Part shown: one piece after another, positions 1 to 11,500 of the stretch
Layout of the letters: each line of letters begins with the position of its first letter
Numbering within the stretch: position 1 is the stretch's first letter
Assembly (NCBI GenBank): GCA_049684495.1
Contig: JBAVFZ010000279.1
Location: 1-53,961 of the forward strand
From: Anaerolineales bacterium
GTDB taxonomy: Bacteria; Chloroflexota; Anaerolineae; Anaerolineales; RBG-16-64-43
DNA: 53,961 nt
Direction: 5' to 3'
Translations under genes and position numbers: made by a program
Notes under the pieces: generated by a model
Told to the model about the DNA's origin: nothing
The model's input: the letters and a program-made list of their open reading frames with translations, nothing else
The model's database searches: none

Positions 1-55
1 GAAAACATGCTATTTTCTCCTTTCGGTGAATAGGTGCGACTCGGATCGAGGCATG

Positions 56-289
56 TCATTGGAGATACCACAGTTCACGAAGATCACACCCCGGCTTGCC
101 GTATGCGTTATTTTTTTTCTTGGGTAACCCGCCATATCGTTGGACGCTTTCCATCGCCATCATCGCCTGGATGGCGAGAATCGACAGATTATTCGCCGCC
201 CCCGCGGTGCGCGGGGCGCTGATCGGATCCGGATCCGCAAATGTACGAAGGATTTCCCATTCCAATGGGCTGCCGCCTTTTATTGCCAT
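56..289 (-). CDS. hypothetical small protein (77 aa), no family recognised
   Basis: ATG at 289 is preceded on the minus strand by GAAAGGAAAGGAAAAG (SD-like), about 50 nt after the receiver gene stop. Third codon positions are G/C-biased. Its stop is followed by AAGGAG plus an ATG (8..6, minus strand), suggesting an operon running off the left edge. Confidence 0.35.
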   Translation of the reverse strand: MAIKGGSPLEWEILRTFADPDPISAPRTAGAANNLSILAIQAMMAMESVQRYGGLPKKKNNAYGKPGCDLRELWYLQ

Positions 290-338
290 GCCGCTTTTCC
301 TTTCCTTTCGCAGAACCGTCCCCGCGTTCCGAAAAACG

Positions 339-809
339 TCATTCCGTTTCGGGAGTACCGCCGGCGTCCGCCCGGTCGATCGGCCCGAATCCGCAGACGT
401 CGATGGCCTTCGCGATCATCCGGTTCATGTCCTCCGGCCGGATGGGCTTGCTGACGACTTCGTTCACCATCAGCCGCCGGGCGATTTCCTTCAAGCCTGG
501 GACGTCATAAGCCGTCATCAGAATGGTATACGCCGGGCGGCTGCAGGGTAGACTTTGTATTTTTTCGATCAGTTCCAAACCGGTCACGCCCGGCATCACC
601 AGATCCGTGATGAGCATATCCACACATTTGTTCCGCATCAGGTTAAGGGCCTGTTCGGCGCTCTCCGCGGAAAGGACTTCAAACCCCGGCCCCAGTTGTG
701 AAATGACGCGCGCCAGCGTGGACGCCGCGTTGGGATGATCGTCCACCACCAGGATTCTCACCGGGGCGTTTGGGAAAGCGGTTTTGGCTGTCGCGGTTTT
801 CATGCCCAT
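339..809 (-). CDS. stand-alone CheY-like response-regulator receiver protein
   Basis: VRILVVDDHPN...VDMLITDLVMPGVTGLELIEKI...ILMTAYD...VSKP gives the DD/D/T/K receiver signature. I trimmed track ORF 339..1040 to the first ATG (809; an alternative is 803) because the upstream 77 codons are AT-rich and look non-coding. No clear SD. Confidence 0.85.
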   Translation of the reverse strand: MGMKTATAKTAFPNAPVRILVVDDHPNAASTLARVISQLGPGFEVLSAESAEQALNLMRNKCVDMLITDLVMPGVTGLELIEKIQSLPCSRPAYTILMTAYDVPGLKEIARRLMVNEVVSKPIRPEDMNRMIAKAIDVCGFGPIDRADAGGTPETE

Positions 810-831
810 GAATTCACTTGTCGGAACAAGA

Positions 832-853
832 ATGAGAATATAATCATTCTCAT
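832..853 (-). promoter_or_regulatory. inverted repeat ATGAGAAT-N6-ATTCTCAT overlapping a TATATT -10-like hexamer, upstream of the orphan receiver gene
   Basis: Read directly: 832-839 atgagaat and 846-853 attctcat are exact reverse complements. They sit in the AT-rich 810-980 region. Confidence 0.3.
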
Positions 854-981
854 GGAGAATCACCCGCGCGACGGATTGTGATGGGTATGGATAAGTTGGG
901 GATAGTTTGAAAATAATAAAAACCAAATAAATCTCCCGGGGATGCTTCTCTTTTGGGAAAGAGGGCAGCTTCTCACCGGGT

Positions 982-1022
982 AAAAAAAAAACGCCGCCGG
1001 TCACAGCCAGCCGCGTTTTTTT
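982..1022 (-). terminator. rho-independent terminator after the OmpR-type regulator gene
   Basis: GC-rich stem 991-1000 / 1007-1016 (8 Watson-Crick pairs plus one G-U on the minus strand). On the minus strand it is followed by a 10-nt U run (complement of A982-A991). A T-run also lies on the plus side (1016-1022). Confidence 0.6.
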
Positions 1023-1052
1023 AGTTTGCATAAACGGCACGTGAAATTGAAC

Positions 1053-1853
1053 CTAATCCGCGATGAGGCGGTAGCCGGTCCCGCGGACGTTCAAGAGGTA
1101 TAAGGATTTCTCCGGATCCGGCTCGATGGCCTGCCGGATGTGATGGATATGCCACTTGACCAGCTCCTGGGCTTCACGGGCCTCGGCCTGAATGCCCTGC
1201 GCCTCGGCCGCCAGCGTCCGGTAATCCACAACCTCCGGGGCGTGGCGCGCCAGAACGATCAGGTAATCGAATGAGGCAGGCGGCAGGTTGATCACACGCC
1301 CGCCGACGGACAGGCGCCGGGCTTGAAGATCCATCACCAGCCTGCCCCGCTTGAGGAAGCGATCGGAGGCAGACGGCATTCGCGCCGGAACGGGCTCGCA
1401 GCTTTTCATCGCTTCGACTTGCTTGAGCTCCGCCTGCAACTTCTCGATCTCGGCCCGGATTTCGCGCTTGCGCCTTTCTTTTTGGCGCGTCGCGAGGACC
1501 GCCCGGGTTTTCTCGATAAGGATTTCCGGCTTGAGCGGTTTTAGCAGGTAATCCGTAGCTCCGCTCCGCAGGGCTTCCACGGCGGAATTTATATCCGGCT
1601 GGGCGGTAAATAGAATCACCGGCAGATCCGGATTATCAGCACGGATCAGGTTAAGCACCTCCGGTCCGCTCAACCCCGGCATGCGGATGTCGAGGTAGAC
1701 CAGGTCGTAGTCCGTCGTTTTAAGGAAGGCCAGCGCCTGTTCGCCGCTTTCCACGGTCGTGACCTCGAATCCCGACTGCTGCAGAATGCGCGCCAGCGTC
1801 TGGCGAAGGGAAGACTCGTCGTCCGCAATTAATATTCTTCCGGAGGGTGTCAT
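1053..1853 (-). CDS. OmpR/PhoB-family response regulator (receiver, long charged linker, winged-helix DNA-binding domain)
   Basis: Receiver: ILIADDESS...DLVYLDIRMPGLSG...ILFTAQ...LLKP. C-terminus: LPPASFDYLIVLARH...VRGTGYRLIAD, typical of Trans_reg_C. The start ATG overlaps the kinase stop (ATGA at 1850-1853). Confidence 0.9.
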   Translation of the reverse strand: MTPSGRILIADDESSLRQTLARILQQSGFEVTTVESGEQALAFLKTTDYDLVYLDIRMPGLSGPEVLNLIRADNPDLPVILFTAQPDINSAVEALRSGATDYLLKPLKPEILIEKTRAVLATRQKERRKREIRAEIEKLQAELKQVEAMKSCEPVPARMPSASDRFLKRGRLVMDLQARRLSVGGRVINLPPASFDYLIVLARHAPEVVDYRTLAAEAQGIQAEAREAQELVKWHIHHIRQAIEPDPEKSLYLLNVRGTGYRLIAD

Positions 1854-4708
1854 GAATTTTCTTCCTTTGCAACAGGCAGCCAGACGTGGAATGTCGCCCC
1901 ACCTTCCGGCCGGTTCTCCGCCCGGATGCGCCCGTCATGATTCGAGACGATCTCCCGGCAAATGGCCAGCCCGAGACCGGTGCCGTTTTCCTTTCCGGAA
2001 ATGAACGACTCGAAGAGGTGCGGCTGGATTTCCGGATCAATCCCTTTTCCCGTATCGGAGACTTTGATCAATACTTCCTTTTCCCTTGTCCGGTGGACCG
2101 CGGAAATGGTCAGCCGGCCACCGTCCGGCATGGCGTCCACTGCGTTCATCAAAAGGTTGAGGATCACCTGCCGAAGCTGATCGCCTACGCCGCCTACGCT
2201 CGGCAGCGCCGGATCGGCGTCGAACACAAAGGCGATCTTGGCATGCCGCAGGTGCGTGGCCAGCAGGGCGCGCACATCTTCAATGATGCCGTTGATCTGC
2301 ACGGGACGAAAATCCTCCCCCCGGAACGCTTTGGCTTTATAGGTGGTCCGCAGCCGATTGAGCAAAACCGTCATCCGATCGGTTTCCCTCAGGACGATCG
2401 CCAGGTCCTGCTGCGCCTGTGCGGGGATTTTTATTTCGTCCTTTAGGAGAAAAAGGGCATTCTGGATCGCCTGGAGGGGGTTGTTCAATTCATGGGAAAC
2501 CGACGCCATCAGGCGGCCCGTCACGGCCAGTTTTTCGCTGTGGATCAGTTGATCCCGCAGTTCCTTTTCATGGAGCAGGGAGCTCTGCAGGTCGGCGTAC
2601 AGCTGCGCCTTCTGCAGGGCTACCGCCAGCTGATCGGCCGCCGCGCTAACCAGCTGGACGTCGCGCTGGGTCAATTCCGCGGGCGGCGCCTGGTGGACAT
2701 CCAGCACGCCGAGGATTTGTGCGCCGCTTCGGATCGGCACGACCAGCCGGGATTTCGTATCCGTCAGCAGCAGATCCGGGTTCCAGCGGTCCAAATCCTC
2801 CCCGTGATTGGAGACGTAGGGAATCCCTGTTTCCGCCGTGCAACCGGCGACGCCTTCACCGGCGGCAAAACGGTGCCCCTGTTCTATCATCCTCGTGCCG
2901 ATTTTGCCGCTATCGGCGTGCACGACGAAATCACCCGAACCCTTTTCGCGGAGGTAGATTTGGACGTAGGTATATTCCAAATTCTTTTGCAGCAGGGTCA
3001 CCACATCCTTCATTAATTGAGCAGGATCGGTGGTCGCCGCCAACCCCTGGTTGATGCGGTACAGTGCTTCGGTCTCTTTCAAGTGCGTCTGCGTCATTTC
3101 CAGCAAACGGGCATTGTCGATGGCAATGGCGGCCTGCCCGGCCAGGGTTTCCAGGAACGACAGCCAATCGGAGTCCATGGCGAATGCAGAACGGTGGAAG
3201 ATCTCCATCACGCCGCACAACCGCCCCTTGGCGATCAACGGGACGCCAAAATAGACGGTGAAATCCTCCCCGGCAACCGACCCGGCAAGGGTTGGATTGT
3301 CCCGTATATCCGCCAGATTGGGTATGTATACAATCGATTTTTTCCGGGCTGCTTCCCCGGCCAGTCCGCTCCCTAATTCCAAATTGGTGAATCGCAGAGC
3401 CGCGGTGCGGAATCCCTCGCCGGCGGCAAAGGTTAGTTTTTGTCCGCTTTCGTCGAATAGCAGGATGGATGTCGCATCCATGTGCAGTTGCACGACGATT
3501 TCCCGCGCCAGCAAACCCAGGACCGTACGCAGATTGGTGCTGCTGGTCATCACTTGTTCAATGGTATGCAAGGCGCGCAGGCGTTCTATCTGCCGCAGGA
3601 TGTCCGTCTCCGCCTTCTTGCTTTCGGTGATATCCCGGAGGATGCTGACCCGGACCGGCCTCCCGCGCAGAGAAATGGATTTGGATCGGACCACCATGGG
3701 AAATATCGCGCCGTTTTTCCGGACAGCCAGGAATTCGTACGGCTCTTCCACCCTCGCGCGGATATTCGCCGATACCCGTTCGCGCGATTCCGGGGCGATG
3801 AAATCCAGGGCGTCCCTCCCGATGATTTCGTCCGGCTCGCATCCCAGCATCCCGGCCAATTGGGGATTGGCATCGATGATCCGGCCCTGATCCAAAATCG
3901 CGATGCCTTCATACGCCGCCGAGGACAATCTGGCGAACCGCTCCTCGCTTTCGCGCAGCGCCGCTTCCGCCTGTTTGCGCTCTTCCAAACGCCGCCGGGT
4001 CGACGCCAGAGCGGAATTTAAGTCCCGAACGGCGAAGTGCACGGTCAGGGTCGTCATGAAAAGGACGACCGTCAAATCCAGCCAACCGACGAAGGGCGGT
4101 ATCGGAAAAAGTCTCGGCAGTGGATGGCCGCTTGCTTCCAGAAGAATCATGCCAAGTCCGGCCAGACAGCAGGCGATGGAATAGACCAGGGCGCCCCGGA
4201 AACCATCCAACAGGCCGGCGATTACCACCAGGACGATATAGTACGCTGCTACGACGCTCAGCATACCGCCGGCGAGGAAGATAAACAGGGTGAGGACCGC
4301 CCATAATCCATAGGTAAAAAGATATCCGGCCAGCCGGATCCGGCCGCCCCGCATCATCCGATAGGCCAGGCACATGACTATGAAGAGCGCGGCAAGTAGG
4401 ATTACATTAATATATTTTTCGACAAAGAACAGGGGAACCGCGATGGAAATGCCAAGGAACAACAGCAGGATCGAGCCTGCCAGGAGAGCATGAAGCAGCC
4501 TGGCCTGGCGGCTCTTTTCTTCATCCTCCGGGAAGACCGGCGGGGTGAAAAAAAGCCTGATTTGCGCTGCGAGAAATCCCTGTTTCACTTTTTCCTCGGC
4601 TGGATGAACATCGATTAACAGGGTTCGCCCTCCCGGCCGGGAGGCCTGATTCCGAAGGCAGATGCCCGGAACGATTAATGATAACGATAAAAGGCCGGTT
4701 AAAACCAT
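1850..4708 (-). CDS. membrane sensor histidine kinase (multi-TM N-terminus, PAS, two GAF-like regions, HisKA, HATPase)
   Basis: About 7-8 hydrophobic helices in the first ~240 aa. PAS-like ERFARLSSAAYEGIAILDQGRIIDANPQ. H-box SVSHELNNPLQAI. N-box LNLLMNAVDAM. G-boxes DTGKGI and GTGLGLAI. Confidence 0.9.
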   Translation of the reverse strand: MVLTGLLSLSLIVPGICLRNQASRPGGRTLLIDVHPAEEKVKQGFLAAQIRLFFTPPVFPEDEEKSRQARLLHALLAGSILLLFLGISIAVPLFFVEKYINVILLAALFIVMCLAYRMMRGGRIRLAGYLFTYGLWAVLTLFIFLAGGMLSVVAAYYIVLVVIAGLLDGFRGALVYSIACCLAGLGMILLEASGHPLPRLFPIPPFVGWLDLTVVLFMTTLTVHFAVRDLNSALASTRRRLEERKQAEAALRESEERFARLSSAAYEGIAILDQGRIIDANPQLAGMLGCEPDEIIGRDALDFIAPESRERVSANIRARVEEPYEFLAVRKNGAIFPMVVRSKSISLRGRPVRVSILRDITESKKAETDILRQIERLRALHTIEQVMTSSTNLRTVLGLLAREIVVQLHMDATSILLFDESGQKLTFAAGEGFRTAALRFTNLELGSGLAGEAARKKSIVYIPNLADIRDNPTLAGSVAGEDFTVYFGVPLIAKGRLCGVMEIFHRSAFAMDSDWLSFLETLAGQAAIAIDNARLLEMTQTHLKETEALYRINQGLAATTDPAQLMKDVVTLLQKNLEYTYVQIYLREKGSGDFVVHADSGKIGTRMIEQGHRFAAGEGVAGCTAETGIPYVSNHGEDLDRWNPDLLLTDTKSRLVVPIRSGAQILGVLDVHQAPPAELTQRDVQLVSAAADQLAVALQKAQLYADLQSSLLHEKELRDQLIHSEKLAVTGRLMASVSHELNNPLQAIQNALFLLKDEIKIPAQAQQDLAIVLRETDRMTVLLNRLRTTYKAKAFRGEDFRPVQINGIIEDVRALLATHLRHAKIAFVFDADPALPSVGGVGDQLRQVILNLLMNAVDAMPDGGRLTISAVHRTREKEVLIKVSDTGKGIDPEIQPHLFESFISGKENGTGLGLAICREIVSNHDGRIRAENRPEGGATFHVWLPVAKEENS

Positions 4709-5282
4709 AAAAACCCGGTGAAACGATCATCCAGGTTCCGGATTGCGAGCCGCCCCCTTATTTCAACTCATCGGCATCCCGCGGACCTAAAAGAAAATAT
4801 GCTGTGGAATTAATGGGTTTCTTATACCTTCCGGTCGGCATGCCTCTTCCGGAAAACGGTGTTAAGCCGGTCTCGCATATCCTTTTTACAGGAGGCCAAT
4901 CCCGATCTCCTTGGATGGACTTCTCCCAACCGCAGAATCGCGCAAGAATATTGCGGCCGCCGGCGATAGGCCGGATGCCATCATTCCGCGCTTCAGCCCC
5001 CCGCCCGCCGTTGTTTTGCGCGGCATGGACTTGCTGTAGAATCCATGGAGACCGCGGAAAAGACCGCTGCCCCGGTCCGGCGCTCGTCATAATCGAATCA
5101 TCGCCCGCCGCCGAGTCCACCGCCTCTTCTCATTCTGCGTAGCCGGCTTTCCGTTAGGCGGTCCGCGGTCCCATTGGCCTGCGCTTCATCCCCCTGCCCG
5201 CTGCGCCATGGCGGACGGCGGGGAATGCATCCGGAAACCGGCGTCTCCGGTTTCGATACACGCTGAAAAAACGAGGCCCCCG

Positions 5283-6779
<1,497 letters not shown>

Positions 6780-6825
6780 TCCTGTAGACCGACGCGGCGG
6801 TCTCTTCTCCCAAGGGAGGCCTGTA

Positions 6826-7491
6826 TTGCATTGGCAACCGCTGGTCCCATTCGTCTCTCTCGCGGCCTTGCTCTCCGCCGGCTTGACCATTACCGGATAT
6901 TACCTCCGCCCGCCCCGCCGGACGCTCATCCACATCTTCAAACCGCTGGCCACGATCCTGATCCTGATCACCGCCGCACTGCCGGGGACGCTGCCGGCCG
7001 ACCCGTACGCGCTCGCGATCGGGATCGGCCTGCTCTTTTCCCTGTCCGGCGATATCTGGGAAATGCTTCCGCGGCGCCATTTCCTCAAGGCGCTCGTCAG
7101 TTTCCTGATCACCCACATGTGCTACGTATTGGCTTTTCTTAGCGGAGCGCCGGCATACGGCTTCGTCTGGCCGGTGATCCCGCTCGCCCTCGTCGGCGTG
7201 GTCGTCCTGGCGTATCTTTGGCCGGTCTTGTCGGCGGGCATGAAGGTTGCCGTGGGCATATATATCGGCGCTATCGTGATCATGACCGCGCTGGCCGCCG
7301 GGCGGGCACTCGCATACTCCTCCCCGGGAACGCTCGTCGCGGCGATCGGCGCCTCCCTGTTTCTGGCGTCGGATGCCGTACTGGCCGTCAACCGCTTTCG
7401 TCGGCCGTTCCGCGCCGCGCAAGCGTTAATTCTTGGGACGTATTTCTTCGGCCAGTGGTTGATCGCCCTGTCCATTGGAATGCCAATTTAG
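6826..7491 (+). CDS. YhhN-family (lysoplasmalogenase-like) integral membrane protein
   Basis: 221 aa with about 7-8 TM helices. FSLSGDIWEM and FLASDAVLAVNRF resemble the conserved YhhN/TMEM86 motifs (from memory). TTG start with an AGGGAGG SD 7 nt upstream. Confidence 0.7.
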   Translation: MHWQPLVPFVSLAALLSAGLTITGYYLRPPRRTLIHIFKPLATILILITAALPGTLPADPYALAIGIGLLFSLSGDIWEMLPRRHFLKALVSFLITHMCYVLAFLSGAPAYGFVWPVIPLALVGVVVLAYLWPVLSAGMKVAVGIYIGAIVIMTALAAGRALAYSSPGTLVAAIGASLFLASDAVLAVNRFRRPFRAAQALILGTYFFGQWLIALSIGMPI

Positions 7492-7630
7492 GCGGATACC
7501 GGATTGCCGGTTCCGCAATAGGACTTTGCGTCGCCAATAGGCCCGAATGACCGTCTTTTATGAAGATTTTGGATTCAAAAAGGGAGTATTGGCTGTAAAA
7601 TTCTTGAGAGTCGGCGGATAAGGAGACATC

Positions 7631-8464
7631 ATGAATCACATCGAAGGCAAGTTCATCGGCGTGCGGCAAACCCAAATTTTTTACCAGGCCTGGCTCCCGG
7701 ATGGCGAGGTAAAGGCCGTTCTGCCGATCGTCCACGGGCTGGGCGAGCACTCCGGGCGCTATTGGAATGTGGTCAATCACTTCGTCCCGCTCGGGTACGT
7801 CGTCTACGGATTGGACCATATCGGCCACGGAAAATCCGGCGGGCCGCGCGAGTACGTCGAACGCTTCGATGATTATTCCGACACCTTCGCCCAGTACATG
7901 AACATGGTAAAACAATGGCAGCCGGGCAAGCCGATTTTCCTGCTCAGCCACAGCATCGGCGGACTGATCGCAGCCTACTACCTGCTCGACCATCAAGCCG
8001 AATTCCAGGGCGCGATATTCTCGGCCCCGGTGGTGAAGGTGGCTTCGCATATTTCCCAAATGACCGTCTTTATGGCCAGGACCCTTTCGTTGCTGGCCCC
8101 TTCGGCGGGCGTCCTCCCGGTGGATCCGGGCACCATATCCCGTGACCCGGATGTGGTTAACGCGTACATCAACGACCCGCTGGTGTTCCACGGCAAAACC
8201 ACCGCCCGGCTGGCGTCGGAAATGCACCGGGCGCTCACCCGCGTCTCGGCCGAGACGCACAAGATCACCCTGCCGTTCATTGCCATGCAGGGCGGTGCCG
8301 ACCGCCTGGTCGATCCGGACGGAGCGCAGATCCTCTATGACGGAGCCGGATCCAAAGATAAAACGGTCAAAATTTACGAGGGGCTCTACCACGAGATCTT
8401 CAACGAACCGGAACGCGGCCAGGTATTCCAAGACGTGGAAACCTGGCTCGCCGCGCACGTCTGA
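7631..8464 (+). CDS. alpha/beta hydrolase, monoacylglycerol lipase / lysophospholipase-like (paralog 1)
   Basis: HGLGEHSGRY oxyanion region, nucleophile elbow SHSIGG, and C-terminal YEGLYHEIFNEPE (the His of the triad). SD AAGGAG upstream of the ATG. Confidence 0.85.
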   Translation: MNHIEGKFIGVRQTQIFYQAWLPDGEVKAVLPIVHGLGEHSGRYWNVVNHFVPLGYVVYGLDHIGHGKSGGPREYVERFDDYSDTFAQYMNMVKQWQPGKPIFLLSHSIGGLIAAYYLLDHQAEFQGAIFSAPVVKVASHISQMTVFMARTLSLLAPSAGVLPVDPGTISRDPDVVNAYINDPLVFHGKTTARLASEMHRALTRVSAETHKITLPFIAMQGGADRLVDPDGAQILYDGAGSKDKTVKIYEGLYHEIFNEPERGQVFQDVETWLAAHV

Positions 8465-8545
8465 CCAACATCCATCTGGAAAGCCGGCTCCCGGCTTATA
8501 ATCCGGCATGCGGAAATTACCACCCCGGATCCAAAGGCAGGGCAA

Positions 8546-11500
8546 ATGCCGGCGCCCGCAAAAATGGTCAGGAAAAGCAAATCGAACGGATATCCGCCGC
8601 GCCCGCGGCCCACTTTTGGATTCACCTTCAATTGGGGTTTGCCCAACCCCTACAGCGGTCCGATGTGGTGGGGGGCGGTGGAAGTGGCGGAAGCGCTGGA
8701 TGTCGACCTGATCGGCTTTGGCGACCTCGACATCTATGATCTCCAGCCCAACCGCTCGCTGTACCGGCAATTGAATCCGTCCACACTGGACGGATTGGTG
8801 CTGGTGAACCCCTCCTATACCCGCTTTCCCCATGATATGTTCCGCTCGCTGCCGGTGATCAACATCGGTTGTCTGATGGAGGATGTGGTCACGTCGATCC
8901 TGGTGGACAACTACGACGGCATGCGCGCGGCCGTGCGGCATATGATCGAAACACACGGCTGCCGGCGGCCGGCGTTCATCAAGGGGCCGGCCGGCAACCT
9001 GGATGCGGAAGAGCGCTACCAGGCCTACGCGGACGTTCTCCAATCGTTCGGCCTGGCCGTCAACCCCGATCTGCTTTATCAACCGCTCGATTGGTCGTCG
9101 CCCGGCGGAAAGGAGGGGGTGCGGGTCCTGCTGGATGAACGCGGGATGCAGTTCGATGCCTTGATTGCCGCCAACGACAATATCGCTCTGGCCGCGATGG
9201 CCGAATTGCAGTCGCGCGGGCTGCGCGTCCCCTACGACGTGGTTGTTTGCGGCTTCGACGATTCCGTCGAAGCCCCCACCAGCACGCCTCCTCTGACGAC
9301 CGTGCGCCAGCCGCTGAAGAAAATGGGCCGCCTGGCGCTGGAGGCGCTCCTGGCGCATCATCAGGGAAAAAGCGTTCCACCAAAACTGATCCTGCCGACT
9401 ACGCTGCTCCTCCGCCATTCGTGCGGTTGTTTGTCCGAAACCGTTTTGCATGTCGGCGGCGGGATTCCGGCCGTCCCGCCGGCGGAAAAAACCGCCGATC
9501 CGGAGGATAAGACCCTGGCCTGCTCCCTCCTGGAAAAGCGAAGGGAAATTTTATTGGAGGAAGTACACCGCGCCATGGTTCTGCGCGACGTTCCCGCGTT
9601 CTCGCAAACGGCGGAGGAATGGCTGGAGGCGCTCGCCGCCAGCATTAAAAAGGAGGATAACGGCGTCGCTTTTATCACCACGATCGACTTGACGGCGCGG
9701 CGCCTGATGGAGCAGCGCATCCCGGTCGCCAAATTGCAGGATGTGCTATCGGCGTTGCGGCGCGAGGGCTGCCGGGCCCTGGCGGATCACCCGGCGCTGT
9801 TGGGCGGAGTGGAGAATATCTGGCACCGGGCGCGCGTTTTCCTGGATGAATTGGTCTTGCAGCAGCAAAGCCAGATGCGGGTGCGGCTCAACGAGCAAAT
9901 GGAGGTCTTGCGCGTCATCAGCCAGACCATGGCGGTTACGTTCCATCTGGATAACCTGATGGACGTCCTGGCGCGGGACTTGAAGCAACTCGGGATCAAG
10001 AGCTGTGTCGTCGCCCTGTACGACGGCGTAAAACGGCCGGCGGAATGGGCGCGCCTGATCCTGGTGTGCGATAACGGGGAACGGCTGGCCGTGGAGGGCA
10101 AGCGGCGCTTTCCCACCACCCAGCTGCTGCCCGCCGACCCGTGGGGGGAAAAACAACGCACGCTCGTGCGCGAGGAACTCGGTTTTCAGAGCGAAGAAAT
10201 CGGATTCGTATTATTCGAGGTCGGCCCCCATGACGGCGCGGTGTACGAAGCGTTGCGGAACCAATTGGGCAGTTCGATCAAGGGGGCGCTTCTGTTCGAC
10301 GAACGCGACCGGCTGCTCACCAATACGACGCAATTGTACCGCCAGGCCGCCGCAGGGCAGCGGCTGGCCGAGGAAGCCAGCCGGCTGAAGGGCCGTTTCC
10401 TTTCCATGGTCAGCCACGAACTGCGCGCGCCCCTCAACCTCATCACCGGGCTGAGCGAATCGATGATGAAGGACGCGGAGGGATCGAAGCCGCTCCAGGA
10501 TGACACGGTGAAGCGGGTCTACGTCACCGCCCAGCATCTCGATAACCTGATCCGCGATGTCCTCGACCTGGCGCGCGACGAGACGGGTGAGCTTCGCCTG
10601 GTATGCGAACCGCTGGACCTGGCCAAGGCGCTCAATCCGGTCGCGGTCGTGGGAGAGCAATTGGCGCGCGAACGCGGGCTGGATTGGCAGGCGCACGTGC
10701 CCGCCGACCTGCCGCTGATCTGGGGTGATCCCACCCGGGTGCGGCAAGTGGTTTTAAATTTGGTGAACAACGCGGTTAAATTTTCCGAGAAAGGCGGAGT
10801 TCGCTTGTGGGTGGAGCCGGGCAAGGATTCCATCACCGTTTCCGTCTCGGATACCGGCCTGGGAATCCATCCGGCCGAGCAGGAGGTCATTTTCGAAGAA
10901 TTCCGCCAGGCAGACAGAACCACGTCGCGCGGGTACGGGGGTCTGGGACTGGGGCTGGCAATCTGCAAACGGCTGGTGGAAATGCACGGCGGGCGGATCG
11001 GCGTCCGTTCCACCGGCGTGGAGGGAGAGGGGGCGACCTTTTTCTTTTCGCTGCCGACGCTGCAGGCGATGTCCCTGGGGGCGGAATCCCTCTCCGCCGT
11101 CTGGATCCTCACCACGCAACCCGAAAACGCGCAGCGTCTCAAAGGATATTTGACGGAACAGGGTTTTAATGCCGAGATCGTGTTTTGGGATGAGGATGGA
11201 CAGTGGTTGAAGCGCGCCATCCAAACACCCCCATCGGCGGTGGTATTAAACGTCCACAAAACCCGCCGGCGCGGCCTGGAGGCGATGCGCGCGCTGAAGG
11301 CGCATCCGGCCACCAATGAAATTACGGTGCTGTTTTACTCACTGGAAATGGAGCGCGACAGCGGCGCCATACTGGAATTGGATTACCTGAACAAGCCGGT
11401 CGGCGCTCCGGAACTCGCCAAAGCCATCCGGCGCGCGGGTTGGGCCGGGAGCGGGGCCGCTTCCGATGAGGCTCCTTCCGGCAACGGGGCCATCTTGATC

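Noticed and set aside
5208-5282. Upstream extensions offered by the ORF track for glpK (5208), mgtA (41163), nuoL (52903), nuoJ (53638), pgm (45958), the flavodoxin-like gene (30738) and the receiver gene (1040).
   Set aside because: The extensions are compositionally non-coding (R/P/G-rich or AT-rich). They precede internal ATGs that have SD sequences and canonical family N-termini.
7388-9451. 687-aa minus-strand ORF. Similar long ORFs antisense to recognisable genes occur at 14300..15634, 16995..18170, 17902..19242, 22071..23951, 24604..25521, 25723..26805, 26703..27938, 35815..37323, 45416..47557, 47591..48871 and 51009..52703.
   Set aside because: All have R/G/P/A-rich, low-complexity translations with no recognisable motifs. 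Each lies opposite a gene with unmistakable family signatures. Long stop-free antisense frames are expected in GC-rich DNA.
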